NCBI GenBank assembly: GCA_963842525.1
Contig: CAWJGT010000023.1
Span: 1-64,000 of the forward strand
Source: an uncultured Holophagales bacterium
GTDB taxonomy: Bacteria; Acidobacteriota; Thermoanaerobaculia; Multivoradales; UBA5704
Length of the DNA stretch: 64,000 nt
Direction: 5' to 3'
Part shown: positions 19,944 to 31,552 of the stretch, piece after piece
Numbering within the stretch: position 1 is the first letter of the stretch
Layout: every line of letters starts with the position of its first letter
Program-made: the position numbers and the translations under genes
Notes under the pieces: generated by a model
Told to the model about the DNA's origin: nothing
Databases searched by the model: none
The model's input: the letters and a program-made list of their open reading frames with translations, nothing else

Positions 19944-19972
19944 TTGACTGCACTCTGATGCAGTCGTAGAAT
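19944..19972 (+). promoter_or_regulatory. sigma70 promoter with embedded operator for the VapBC-type TA
   Basis: TTGACT-N17-TAGAAT; inverted repeat GACTGCA-N6-TGCAGTC; ATG 8 nt after the -10 (near-leaderless). Confidence 0.7.
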
Positions 19973-19980
19973 GCATCTCG

Positions 19981-20232
19981 ATGCGGCACCTCACGATTCG
20001 CAACATCCCCCCTGAAGTCGCGGAGGCCCTCGAAAGAGAGAAGCACCGCTCACAGGCCTCCCTGAATCAGACCGTGGTCGAGCTTCTCCGTCAGGCGTTG
20101 GGAGTGAACCATAATGGTACGAAAAGAAACGGCCTGGCTCATCTCGCCGGGACCTGGACGGCGGAGGAGCACGCTTCCTTCGAGGCTGCCGTGGCAGTGA
20201 CCGAACAGATCGACGAGGAGCTCTGGCGCTGA
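19981..20232 (+). CDS. FitA-like ribbon-helix-helix antitoxin
   Basis: LTIRNIP, SLNQTV, LAGTW, IDEELW. Confidence 0.8.
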   Translation: MRHLTIRNIPPEVAEALEREKHRSQASLNQTVVELLRQALGVNHNGTKRNGLAHLAGTWTAEEHASFEAAVAVTEQIDEELWR

Positions 20233-20633
20233 GCCGCTACTGCCTCGACACATCCGCCTACAGCCACTTCAAGCGCGGAGATCAACCCGTGGTCGACCTC
20301 ATCGACCGCGCGGAGTGGATTGGGATGTCCTCCGTCGTCCTGGGCGAGCTCTGGGTCGGCTTCCTGCTCGGCTCTCGCCGGGAGAAGAACGAGACCGAGT
20401 TGGAGGATTTCCTCGCTCATCCGCTCGTCGAGGAGCTCGTCGTGAATCAAGAGATCGGCCGGATCTATGCAGAGATCGTCGTCTCTCTGCGCAGGACTGG
20501 GACACCGGTACCTTCGAATGATATCTGGATCGCAGCCACCGCCGCTCATGTCGGAGCAACAGTGCTGACTTACGATCCCCACTTCGATGCGATCCAACGC
20601 GTCGGCTCTATCGTGCTCCCGACTTCTTCCTGA
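20229..20633 (+). CDS. vapC: VapC PIN-domain toxin (apparent CTG start)
   Basis: YCLDTSAY, VLGEL, PSNDIWIAATA, LTYDPHF; CTGA overlap with the antitoxin stop. Confidence 0.85.
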   Translation: MSRYCLDTSAYSHFKRGDQPVVDLIDRAEWIGMSSVVLGELWVGFLLGSRREKNETELEDFLAHPLVEELVVNQEIGRIYAEIVVSLRRTGTPVPSNDIWIAATAAHVGATVLTYDPHFDAIQRVGSIVLPTSS

Positions 20634-20650
20634 GAGTCCGGTTGGCTTGA

Positions 20651-21220
20651 TCAGACGATCGGCCTGCCACCGAGCAACTCCCTGCGCAGGGCATGCAGGC
20701 AACGGGTCGTGGTCTTCTTGAGACTCGAAGGCCGGTAACCTAGCTGTCTGGCGGTCTCCTCCGGAGTCAAACCAAGCCCATAGCGGAGCTGGATCAAGGC
20801 CCGGTGGCGAGCCGGTAGACGTTGGACCAGCGCGCGCAGATCCTGACGCAAGCCGTAATCCGCCTCCGAGAAGGGCGGGCTCGCCAGTGCCTCTAGCACG
20901 CGCTCCTCGACGGCGGTCTGCATCTGCCGCCCCGCTCGGCGGCGGTATCGCAGGCATTCCAGCCGAAGCGCGCGGAGCAGCCAAGCCTCGTGGTTCTCGA
21001 TCTGGAACCGCTTGCGCCACAGCGCCAGCAAGGCCTCCTGCAAGACGTCCTCACCATCCTGGGGTGCCACCTGGAACTGTGTGAGCAGCGCCCGCAGCCT
21101 CGGGCGAGCACGCGCGAGAAGACTGACGAAGAACTCCTCATCGGTGAGGTTCCGCACCGGAGTGGACCTCCTTTGCTGGCGGCCTGTCCACTGCAGCCAC
21201 CCTGCTCTCCCAAGCTCCAA
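20651..21220 (-). CDS. ECF-type RNA polymerase sigma factor
   Basis: DGEDVLQEAL, EAWL, LVQRLPARHRALIQLRYGLG..PEETARQLG; start uncertain. Confidence 0.8.
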   Translation of the reverse strand: MELGRAGWLQWTGRQQRRSTPVRNLTDEEFFVSLLARARPRLRALLTQFQVAPQDGEDVLQEALLALWRKRFQIENHEAWLLRALRLECLRYRRRAGRQMQTAVEERVLEALASPPFSEADYGLRQDLRALVQRLPARHRALIQLRYGLGLTPEETARQLGYRPSSLKKTTTRCLHALRRELLGGRPIV

Positions 21221-21366
21221 GGTTCTTGTCTACCGGATGGGAGTCTGCAGCGGCTTTACCCTTGAAGATATTCTACCACGCGCATACGTCGCGGTAGACA
21301 GAAGAGATCAGAGACGAGCCAGCTCGTCCAGGAATCCACAAGGTCTCAGACCGAAAGGAGAGAAGT

Positions 21367-23121
21367 ATGCGTCACATGAGAACGGCGTTGGCACGTCTGG
21401 CTCTGGGAGCGGTATTCGCCTCGTTTTGCCTGTTGCCCCAGTCCGCGATGGGAGAGCCCAGCCAACCTCCGAAACCCGTTGCCGAAATGAGCATCGGTGC
21501 AACCCGCGTCGATTGGCTGCCCGTAGCCGATGCCGAACGCTGGGTGTTGTCGGTGACGGGTCCCGGCGACCTCTTCCTCCGGCGCGAGTTCGAGCCCGGC
21601 CAGTCTCCCTTCCTCAGCCTCTTCGACGAGAATGGCAATCGGCCCGCTGACGGCATCTACACCTACGAGTTGCGTGGGGTGCCGCGCGGTGATCGCGAAG
21701 CTCGTAATGTCCCGAAAGAGGCCCCGGGCACCGGCAGTTTTCAGGAGCGGGCCCTGCTGCGATCGGGTTATCTCGTCATTCGCGACGGCGGGTTCGTAAG
21801 CGCCCCTTCCGCTGAACCCGAAGCAACAGGCGAGCCGCGATCCGCGGTACAGCCCCCGATCCGTCAGATCTCGGAAAAGCAGATCGTCTCGGAAAACCTC
21901 TGTGTCGGCTTCGAGTGTGACACAGGTGACGATGACTTCCCCGTCCTGAAGCTAAAGGATAGTGTCGTAGGGGTCCTCTTTGAGGACACCCCGTATGTAT
22001 TCAGCCCTGCTGACCGTGACTGGTCGATCTTTGTGAATGACGCCTTTTTCGGCGAGGGCGAGTACTTCGCCATCTCGGACTTGGATGCGGGGACCGTGCC
22101 GTTCAGGATCGAAGGCACTGCACCCGACCACTCCCTGTACGTCCGGAGCAATGGAAACTTGGGTCTCGGGACGTCGACCCCAGGTGCCAAGCTCCATTTG
22201 TACGCGAGCGCGACGGCAGATACTTTCGGCAGCGCAGGCCCGGATCCCGCTTCTGGCCCAGCCTTCAACTTTGGCTACGGTGGCGCCTCCTTCGGCCGCG
22301 GGGCAGGCTTCCTCAACGCGAGGCCCGACGCTTCCGCAACGGCGCCCAATCCGTCTCTGCGGTTCCTGACTGCGAACGTCGAGAGGATGATTATTACCAA
22401 TACAGGCAGAGTCGGCATCGGCACAACGGGGCCGAGCGAGATGGTAGACATCTTCGAGAATGTGAACGCGAATTCAATCGCCCGGATACAGAACACCAAC
22501 ACAGGCGACACCACCAACGCGGCTTGGCGTGCCTCGTCAGACAGCACGAACGTGAACCTGGTCGCGCACGGGAGTGGCAGGACGATAACAAGATTCGGCG
22601 TGGCGCTAGGCAGTCGGGGGGAGATCCTCCACACGGGCGGCAATGGACTGGTGATCGGGACGCTCGAAGCCGACAACATCATCCTGGGCACGAACAACAC
22701 CAACCGCCTCGAGATCGGTGGCACCGGCGGCGTGACCGTCACCGGAAACTTTACTGCGACGGGCACAAAGAACTTCGCCGTGGTGGATCCCGAGGATACC
22801 AGCCAAGCGATCTATTACGCCGCGCTCGAAGGTCCCGAGGCCGGTACCTACTTCCGCGGTACGGCCAGGACAAAGAGCGGCGAGGCCGTCATCGATCTTC
22901 CCGACTATTTCGCCCGTCTCACCGAGCCGGAGCGCCTGACGGTGCAGTTGACGCCTCTCGGCAGTTGGGGCCAACTCTACGTCGCCGAAAAGACTCCGAG
23001 CCGCATTGTCGTTCGCGTGCCTCCGGGGAGCGCCGATCTGGAGTTCAACTACTTCGTGCAGGGCGTCCGCAAGGGATATCTGAACTACCAGGTGAAGCGA
23101 CCGAACACTCTGCCGCAGTAG
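21367..23121 (+). CDS. Secreted fibre-like protein with GxVGIGT repeats and a phage-tail-type C-terminal domain
   Basis: Signal peptide, GNLGLGTSTP, GRVGIGTTGP, KNF..DP...IYYAALEGPEAGTYFRG...IDLPDYF..LTVQLTP. Confidence 0.7.
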   Translation: MRHMRTALARLALGAVFASFCLLPQSAMGEPSQPPKPVAEMSIGATRVDWLPVADAERWVLSVTGPGDLFLRREFEPGQSPFLSLFDENGNRPADGIYTYELRGVPRGDREARNVPKEAPGTGSFQERALLRSGYLVIRDGGFVSAPSAEPEATGEPRSAVQPPIRQISEKQIVSENLCVGFECDTGDDDFPVLKLKDSVVGVLFEDTPYVFSPADRDWSIFVNDAFFGEGEYFAISDLDAGTVPFRIEGTAPDHSLYVRSNGNLGLGTSTPGAKLHLYASATADTFGSAGPDPASGPAFNFGYGGASFGRGAGFLNARPDASATAPNPSLRFLTANVERMIITNTGRVGIGTTGPSEMVDIFENVNANSIARIQNTNTGDTTNAAWRASSDSTNVNLVAHGSGRTITRFGVALGSRGEILHTGGNGLVIGTLEADNIILGTNNTNRLEIGGTGGVTVTGNFTATGTKNFAVVDPEDTSQAIYYAALEGPEAGTYFRGTARTKSGEAVIDLPDYFARLTEPERLTVQLTPLGSWGQLYVAEKTPSRIVVRVPPGSADLEFNYFVQGVRKGYLNYQVKRPNTLPQ

Positions 23122-23126
23122 CTCTC

Positions 23127-23162
23127 AAAAACGAAAACGGCCGGCGTCTCCGCCGGCCGTTC
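23127..23162 (-). terminator. Intrinsic terminator, possibly bidirectional
   Basis: AACGGCCGGCG-TCTC-CGCCGGCCGTT stem, U-tract on the minus strand, between convergent genes. Confidence 0.75.
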
Positions 23163-23185
23163 CATTCCCCACGAAGAGTGGTTTT

Positions 23186-24224
23186 TCAGCTCACCGCACC
23201 CTGCTCCGGCACGGTCCACGTATCCCCAGCCTTGAGGAGCTTCTCGAGCTCGCCCATGCCGAGACGCTCGGTCTCCTGCTGCATCTGGCTGACGACCCGC
23301 TGCTCGTAGGGCACCTTCTCGACGTTGCGGAAGAGGCCGAGGGCGGTCGGGAAGTTGGGCGGCAGGAGCTGCGCGGCCAGGAAGGCAGTGGCTGGATTCT
23401 CCAGCGTCGCGTCCCAGACCAGGCAGTCCTCGACGCCAAGGCCGTTGCCGAGCTCGATCACCTCCATCTCGGTGCCCCGCATCCGGATGCCCTTGTCCTT
23501 ATTCTTGCCGTAGACCAAGGGCTTGCCCTGCTCCAGGTAGAGGACGTTCTCGTCCTTGGTGTCCTTCTCGGTCATGTAGGTGAACGCCTTGTCGTTGAAG
23601 ATGTTGCAGTTCTGGTAGATCTCGACGAAGGCGGTTCCCTTGTGCTGCGCGGCCTGCCGCAGCGTGTCGCGCAGGTGCGCCTGGAAGATGTCGACGCTCC
23701 GCGCCACGAAGGTGGCTCCGGCGCCCAGGGCCAACGACAGCGGGTTGAACGGATAGTCCACCGAGCCGGACGGGGTCGACTTGGTCTTCTTGCCCAGCTC
23801 GCTGGTCGGCGAGTACTGGCCCTTGGTCAGGCCGTAGATGCGGTTGTTGAACATCAGGATCTTGACCCCGACGTTCCTCCGCAGCGTGTGGATCAGATGG
23901 TTGCCGCCGATCGACATGGCGTCGCCGTCGCCGGTGGCGATCCAGACCTCCAACTCGGGCCGGGCCAGCTTGAGGCCGGTCGCGACCGCCGGAGCACGGC
24001 CGTGGATCGAGTGGAAACCGAAGGTGTTCATGTAGTACGGGAAGCGGCTCGAGCATCCGATCCCGGACACGACCACGAACTGCTCCCGCGGGATGCCCAG
24101 CTCGGGGAAGACCGACTGCACCGCCGAGAGGATCGCGTAATCCCCGCAACCGGGGCACCACCGCACTTCCTGGTCGCTCGTGAAGTCCTTCTTGGTCAGC
24201 GCCGGCGTGATCGTCTCAGTGAAA

Positions 24225-24235
<11 letters not shown>
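23186..24235 (-). CDS. korB: 2-oxoacid:ferredoxin oxidoreductase beta subunit
   Basis: WCPGCGD, SGIGCSSR, HSIHGRA, GDGD, NNRIYGLTKGQYSPT, QNCNIFND. Confidence 0.95.
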
Positions 24236-26102
<1,867 letters not shown>

Positions 26103-26136
26103 GGATTGTCTTCTTCTCTCTTGGCCCGAAACCAAC

Positions 26137-26164
26137 AAAAAAACCCGGCCGTCAGGACCGGGTC
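26137..26164 (-). terminator. Intrinsic terminator or attenuator directly upstream of korA
   Basis: Minus strand ACCCGGTC-CTGAC-GGCCGGGT followed by TTTTTT, ending 35 nt before the korA ATG. Confidence 0.7.
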
Positions 26165-26276
26165 TCTAGACGATGATCGTCAGTGCGGGCAGGCACGGCA
26201 GCCCGCTGGTCCTGCGGTCCTTCTTCCTCTGTCTGAAACATCCCGCGTATCTTAGCAGAGGGACCCGCTCCGGACA

Positions 26277-26972
26277 TCACCGCCCCGCCCGCGCCGCGGT
26301 CTCCTCCATCTCCTGGGCCCGCTTGGCCTCCTGGACGAGGTCGAAGGCGTCGCGCCGCATGCGCGCCCGCTTGACGTCCTCCTCGGGATAGAGCGGACGG
26401 TAGCCAAGGCGGCTCTCGTCAAAGGTGAAGGGCTTCATCAGCTCGTTCTTGCCGACGATCGACTGCTCGCGGTTGAAGTAGGCCATGTCGTAGTTGTTGC
26501 TCATGATGATGGCCTCTTCCGGGCAGGCATCCACGCAGTAGCCGCAGAAGATGCACCGCAGCATGTCGATCTCGTAGACGACCGGGTACTTCTCGATGTT
26601 GACGTCCGGGTGCTCGCTCGCCTCGATGTGGATGCACTCCGCCGGGCAGTTCTGGGCGCAGAGGTAGCAGGCCACGCACCGCACCGATCCGTCGGGCCGG
26701 GTGGTGAGGATGTGGTGGCCCCGGAACCGATGGCTGTAGTCGCGCCGCTCCTCGGGGTACTCGATGGTGTACATCTTGCTGCGCCCGAAGAGGTTGCGCA
26801 GGAAGTGCTTGAGGGTAATCCACATGCCGCCGAGCAACGGCAGGTAGAGCCGCTCGGCGAGCCCCGGCCGGTACGGCTTCAGCTCCGTGGGATACGGCTC
26901 CCTCAGGACCGGCCGTCCGGCGGGCGGAGGCATCACGGGCGTCGCGGGCGTCTGTGCAATCGGCTGGCTCAT
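26277..26972 (-). CDS. nuoI: NADH-quinone oxidoreductase subunit I
   Basis: TIEYPEE, FRGHH, CVACYLCAQNCP, CIFCGYCVDACP. Confidence 0.92.
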   Translation of the reverse strand: MSQPIAQTPATPVMPPPAGRPVLREPYPTELKPYRPGLAERLYLPLLGGMWITLKHFLRNLFGRSKMYTIEYPEERRDYSHRFRGHHILTTRPDGSVRCVACYLCAQNCPAECIHIEASEHPDVNIEKYPVVYEIDMLRCIFCGYCVDACPEEAIIMSNNYDMAYFNREQSIVGKNELMKPFTFDESRLGYRPLYPEEDVKRARMRRDAFDLVQEAKRAQEMEETAARAGR

Positions 26973-28717
26973 CTCTCGAGCTCTCCGGCCACGATGTTGA
27001 GGCCTCCCAGCGACACGATGGCGTCGGACAGCGAGCCGCCGTTGATCAGGCGCGGGAAGGTGGAAAAGATCGGGAAGCAGGGTGCGCGGCAGTGGTTCCG
27101 GTACGGCTTCCCCGTGCCGTCGCTGAGGATGTAGAAGCCGAGCTCGCCGTTGGCGCCCTCGACCATGTTGTAGGTCTCCCCCACCGGCACCTGGATGCCG
27201 TCCATGATCAGCTTGAAGTGGTAGATCATGGCCTCCATCTGGTTGTAGCAGGCCTCCTTGGGAGGCAGCGCGATGTGCGGGTCGTCCACGATGAACGGTC
27301 CTTCGGGCATGCCGCGGTCCAGGAGCTGGCGGATGATCTTCAGGGACTCGCGGATCTCCAGCATCCGGATGCGGTAGCGGTCGTAGACGTCGCCGCCGTA
27401 GAGCACCGGCACCTCCCAATCGACCGTGTCGTAGAGGTCATAGGGATGGGCGCGGCGCACGTCGTAGGGCACGCCGCTCGCGCGCAGGCAGGGGCCGGTC
27501 CAGCCCCAATTGACCGCCTCCGCGCCGGAGATCGCCGCGATCCCTACCGAGCGGTCGAGCCAGATCCGGTTCCTGTCGACCAACTTCTCTGCATCTTCGA
27601 CAAAGGGCGGGATGATCTCCAGCAGGCGCCGGCAGCGCTCCATGAAATCGGGCGGCAGATCCTGCGACAGGCCGCCGACGCGGCCGTAGGAGACCGTCAG
27701 GCGGGCGCCGCAGCAGGACTCCAGCAGCCCGTAGATCTCCTCGCGCGGCTGGAACAGGTACCAGAAGTTGGTCAGCGCCCCGGCGTCGACCAGCGTCGTA
27801 CCGTTGCAGACGCAGTGGTCCATGATGCGGGAGAACTCGGACAGGATCGTCCGCGCCCAGACCGCCCTCGGAGGCGCCTCGATGCCCAGCAGCTTCTCCA
27901 CCGTCTTGCAATAGCCGACGTTGTTGATGAAGGAGGAGCAGTAGTTGAGCCGGTCGGTATACGGCACCACCTGGTTCCAGGTGTGGGTCTCCGACATCTT
28001 CTCGAAGCACCGGTGCAGGTAGCCGATCTCGACGTCCGAGGCGATGATGGTCTCGCCGTCGAGCACCGCCATCAGGCGGAAGGTGCCGTGCATGGCCGGG
28101 TGCGAGGGACCGATGTTGATGGTCATCCTCTCGAAGAGGTCGTCCTCCCCCTCCTGCGGCGGCAGGTCGAAGTGGGGCTTGTAGATCTTGTCCTCGGTGA
28201 GGATCCAACGCCGCGCCGGGTCATAGTCCTTGCGCAGGGCGTGCCCCTGGAACCCTTCGTGGCAGAGGATGCGCCGTAGATTGGGGTGCCCCTCGACCTT
28301 GATCCCGAACATGTCGTAGAGCTCGCGCTCGAACCAGTCCATCCCCTTGTGGACCTTGATCAGGGACGGCACGACCGCGTCGTCCTCGCGCAGCTTCACC
28401 TTGAGGCGCAGGCGCGAAGCGCGCGGGATCGAATAGAGGTGGTAGACCGCCTCGAAGCGCTCTTCCCGGTCGGGGTAGTCGACCCCGCAGAGGTCGAGCG
28501 CCAGGTCGAACTGGGTGGCCGGGTTCTCCTTGAGCTCCCGGACGAGATCGACCAGGACGTCGCGGCGGACGAACCAGGTCGGCTGGTCACCCGGGGCATC
28601 AGGCCCGTCCTGAGGCGTGACGCTCCCCGCGGGGAGCATGGCCCGGACCGCGGCGAGCTCCGGCGTCTCGAGGCCGGCAGCCTGCGTGTCAGGCGGAGGC
28701 GGAGCCAGCGTCGGCAC
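26969..28717 (-). CDS. nuoCD: NADH-quinone oxidoreductase subunit C/D fusion
   Basis: WFERELYDMFG, GHALRKDY, NIGPSHPAMHG, GYLHRCFEK, DRLNY, EGANGELG, GELER. Confidence 0.95.
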   Translation of the reverse strand: MPTLAPPPPDTQAAGLETPELAAVRAMLPAGSVTPQDGPDAPGDQPTWFVRRDVLVDLVRELKENPATQFDLALDLCGVDYPDREERFEAVYHLYSIPRASRLRLKVKLREDDAVVPSLIKVHKGMDWFERELYDMFGIKVEGHPNLRRILCHEGFQGHALRKDYDPARRWILTEDKIYKPHFDLPPQEGEDDLFERMTINIGPSHPAMHGTFRLMAVLDGETIIASDVEIGYLHRCFEKMSETHTWNQVVPYTDRLNYCSSFINNVGYCKTVEKLLGIEAPPRAVWARTILSEFSRIMDHCVCNGTTLVDAGALTNFWYLFQPREEIYGLLESCCGARLTVSYGRVGGLSQDLPPDFMERCRRLLEIIPPFVEDAEKLVDRNRIWLDRSVGIAAISGAEAVNWGWTGPCLRASGVPYDVRRAHPYDLYDTVDWEVPVLYGGDVYDRYRIRMLEIRESLKIIRQLLDRGMPEGPFIVDDPHIALPPKEACYNQMEAMIYHFKLIMDGIQVPVGETYNMVEGANGELGFYILSDGTGKPYRNHCRAPCFPIFSTFPRLINGGSLSDAIVSLGGLNIVAGELER

Positions 28718-29246
28718 CGAGGGTCTCCTTTTCGGGTTCGGACTGCGGTCTATCTTGATGGGGGCCTTGCTGGCGGGCAGCGTGCTTCTTGCGGTCGCGG
28801 ACCACCTTCTCCTTGAGCTGGAGGATGCCGTACATCAGTCCCTCCGGCGTCGGGGGGCAGCCCGGCACGTAGACGTCGACCGGGATGATCTCGTCGATCC
28901 CCTGCATGACGTGGTAGGCCCGGTAGAAGCCGCCCGAGCAGGCGCAGGCGCCCATGGAGACGACCCACTTGGGCTCGGACATCTGGTCATAGATCCGCTT
29001 GAGGACCGGCGCCATCTTGTCGTTGATGGTGCCGGCGACCAGCAGGACATCGCTCTGGCGGGGCGAAAAGCGCACCACCTCGGCGCCGAAGCGGGCCATG
29101 TCGTAGTGGCTGGACACCGTCGACATGAACTCGATGGCGCAGCACGCGGTCCCGAACGGGAAAGGCCAGAAGGAGTTGCGCTGCCCCCACTCCTCCAACG
29201 CCTCGAACTTCGACGTGATCCAGCTCTCTCCGATGACCTTGTCCAT
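28689..29246 (-). CDS. nuoB: NADH-quinone oxidoreductase subunit B
   Basis: FGTACCAIEF, SPRQSD, MGACACSGG, YVPGCPPTPE. Confidence 0.95.
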   Translation of the reverse strand: MDKVIGESWITSKFEALEEWGQRNSFWPFPFGTACCAIEFMSTVSSHYDMARFGAEVVRFSPRQSDVLLVAGTINDKMAPVLKRIYDQMSEPKWVVSMGACACSGGFYRAYHVMQGIDEIIPVDVYVPGCPPTPEGLMYGILQLKEKVVRDRKKHAARQQGPHQDRPQSEPEKETLGADAGSASA

Positions 29247-29471
29247 AGGATGCTCCCTGCCCCTCTCGCGGGCACCGCCGAGTCTATCACCAACTTGTGA
29301 CCCTCGTCACAAGCTCTGCAAGTCTCTGGAATCGCGGGGTTTGAAGGCGCGCAGCAGGGATGTCGGACCCTCCCACCAGCCCACTTCCGCCCCATGATCT
29401 CCAACGCGGCGGACGGACGGTAGCATTCCAGGCTGTGGAGCCCCGCCGACCCTCCAAGTGGAGCCGCTCAA

Positions 29472-29690
29472 TCAGGCGGCGGGCTCCCACTGGATCGAGA
29501 GCTTTTTCCGGTGCGCCGCGCAATCCCTCAAGTACAGGTTGATCAAGGTCTGGTAGGGAATCTCCATCTCGCTGGCCAACGTATGAAAATACTCCAGAGT
29601 TGCTTCGTCGAGCCGAATCATGACCTGCTTCTTGAGCCGTTTCGCGTAGGGATTCTTCTGCGCCTTGGAAAAATCGTAGTGCTCTCTCAT
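29472..29690 (-). CDS. BrnA/CopG-like antitoxin
   Basis: YDFSKAQKNPYAKRLKKQVMIRLD, IPYQTLINLYLRDC. Confidence 0.85.
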   Translation of the reverse strand: MREHYDFSKAQKNPYAKRLKKQVMIRLDEATLEYFHTLASEMEIPYQTLINLYLRDCAAHRKKLSIQWEPAA

Positions 29691-29705
29691 CGTGTCCACC
29701 TGCGG

Positions 29706-29982
29706 TTATACATGCGCCCGCTCCTCCGGGTCGGCTTTGCGGGCCGAAATGATGCGGATCAGATCCTCCTGTCCCGAAAGCAGTGGCAGACAACAGAGTC
29801 CGCAACGAGGAGCTGAGGCCGAGGAGCAGGAACCGATCCTCGCTCTCGGAGTGATCCGGATCCCCCAGGAAGAGGGCATGATCATCCGAAAAGACGGTTT
29901 GTGCCTCCTCGAACGACACGCCATGCTTGCGCTGGTTGCCCTCGTTTTTGGCCCCGTCCCAGTCGAAACGAAGGTCGCTCAC
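29706..29982 (-). CDS. brnT: BrnT (DUF497) toxin, frameshifted
   Basis: FDWDGAKNEGNQRKHGVSFEEAQTVF, DPDHSESEDRFLLLG; IRIISARKA in another frame. Confidence 0.82.
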
Positions 29983-30090
29983 CAATCACAGTGTAACTAC
30001 AAAGTAGGGTGAAAGAAGAGGCACCGTCTCGCGCGTCTCGCATGGTCCCGCCCTGGGGAACGGACCCAGGGCGGTCGCTCTGGCATCTTG

Positions 30091-30428
30091 TTACGGAGTG
30101 TGGCCGTTCCTCAGATCGCATATCCAGCAGCGGTACTGGACGTAGCCGTCCACCTGCCACATGCCCGTGTTGGTGTCCCAGTGGCAGCCGGCCGTGAGCA
30201 CGAGGGCTCGGGCGCAGCGACCGTCCGGACAGTCGATATAGGCGCTCCGCCTGCGCCGAAAGATTCGCCGTCGCCTGCTGGCAGGTCGAAGCCTGGGCCC
30301 AATCCTGCGGTGTGTACTCGTAGCCGCCGCAGAAGCAGCCCGGGAGGGGCTGCCGCGGAGCTGTGCGGCAAGGCAAGGACACCAAAAACGGCGCCGAGGA
30401 CGCACAGGAGACCGAAGAGACGCTTCAT
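30091..30428 (-). CDS. Small secreted Cys-rich protein (two apparent frameshifts)
   Basis: AAGGAGG RBS, signal peptide MKRLFGLLCVLGAVFGVLA, then CFCGG...TCQQA and CPDGRC...GCHW...YRCWIC in shifted frames. Confidence 0.55.
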
Positions 30429-30618
30429 GATGAGGACCTCCTTCTGTGGTTGCGGACAGACACTGCATCTGCCCTCGGTTCTACAGCGCTCCCGAGCTTA
30501 ACTCATACCTGATTGGCTATACCAGCCTGACGGCAAGCGCTGCCGCACCTAGCTCACGCTTGGCCTTGCGCTCCGAAAGGATGTGGATGAGAATAGCTAT
30601 GGAGGTGCGGAGAGCCCG

Positions 30619-30849
30619 ATGAGAACCGTCCAGATGACCCTCGATGATTCGCTGGTCGAAGAGGTCGACCGTACCGCCACGGCCCTGGGCACGACGCGGT
30701 CTGCTTTCACGCGGGACGCCCTCCGGGATGCTCTGGCGAGGATTCGCGAGCGCGAGCGCGAACAGAAGCATCGCGAGGGATATGAGCGGCAACCTGTCCA
30801 GCCGGACGAATTCGGTGGGTGGGACTCTGAGCAGGTCTGGCCCGACTGA
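30619..30849 (+). CDS. CopG/RHH antitoxin
   Basis: MRTVQMTLDDSLVEEVD, TTRSAFTRDALR, HREGYERQPV, WDSEQVW. Confidence 0.85.
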   Translation: MRTVQMTLDDSLVEEVDRTATALGTTRSAFTRDALRDALARIREREREQKHREGYERQPVQPDEFGGWDSEQVWPD

Positions 30850-31167
30850 TGCTTCGTGGCGAAATCCGCTGGTACAGGTTCAACCGGCCGGATAAGACCC
30901 GACCCGTGCTGCTCCTCACCCGGGACTCCATCCTTGATCGCCTGGGCGAGGTCACGATCGCCCCAATCATCTTCGACCGTCCGGGACATCCCCTCCGAAG
31001 TCCTGCTGACGGAAGAAGATGGGATGTCCAGGGCCTGCGCCATCAACCTCGACCATCTCCAGACCGTCCATAAGGACCGGCTCGGAGCCCTGATCGCCAC
31101 GCTCTCGGCGGACCGGATGAGAGAAGTCCGCTCCGCCCTCCTCTTCGCGCTGGGCTTTCGGGAATAG
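30849..31167 (+). CDS. MazF/PemK toxin (frameshift near 30970)
   Basis: RGEIRW, DKTRPVLLLTR, VTIAP, STVRDIPSEV, CAINLDHLQTV. Confidence 0.85.
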
Positions 31168-31312
31168 ATCCGCTCACCACGCTGTGGCGCGCGGAGCGCT
31201 GCCCAGAGGAAAGTTGCGAGTAGGGACGACGGCGAAGCCGGTATAGGTTTTCTGCATCCGTCCCATCAACGCTTCCTCGCGGTCTCGGGTTCGGGCATAA
31301 TCGTGGACAGCC

Positions 31313-31552
31313 ATGAGTCCAACGGTCTTCCGAAACGGCCCTTATCGGTTCTACTTCTTCTCCAGGGAGGAGCAGCGGCTGCACGTCCATGTGCAGTCGT
31401 CCGAAGGTGAGGCAAAATTCTGGCTTGCTCCAGAGGTCGAGCTTGCGAGAAACTACAACCTCAGCGATCGCGATCTGCAGCGAATCCGTAAGCTGATCGA
31501 GGAGAACGAAAATGAAATCCGGGATGCCTGGAGCCGCCACTTCGGACGTTGA
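31313..31552 (+). CDS. DUF4160 family protein (putative toxin)
   Basis: GPYRFYFFSREE, HVHV, EAKFWL, AWSRHFG. Confidence 0.88.
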   Translation: MSPTVFRNGPYRFYFFSREEQRLHVHVQSSEGEAKFWLAPEVELARNYNLSDRDLQRIRKLIEENENEIRDAWSRHFGR

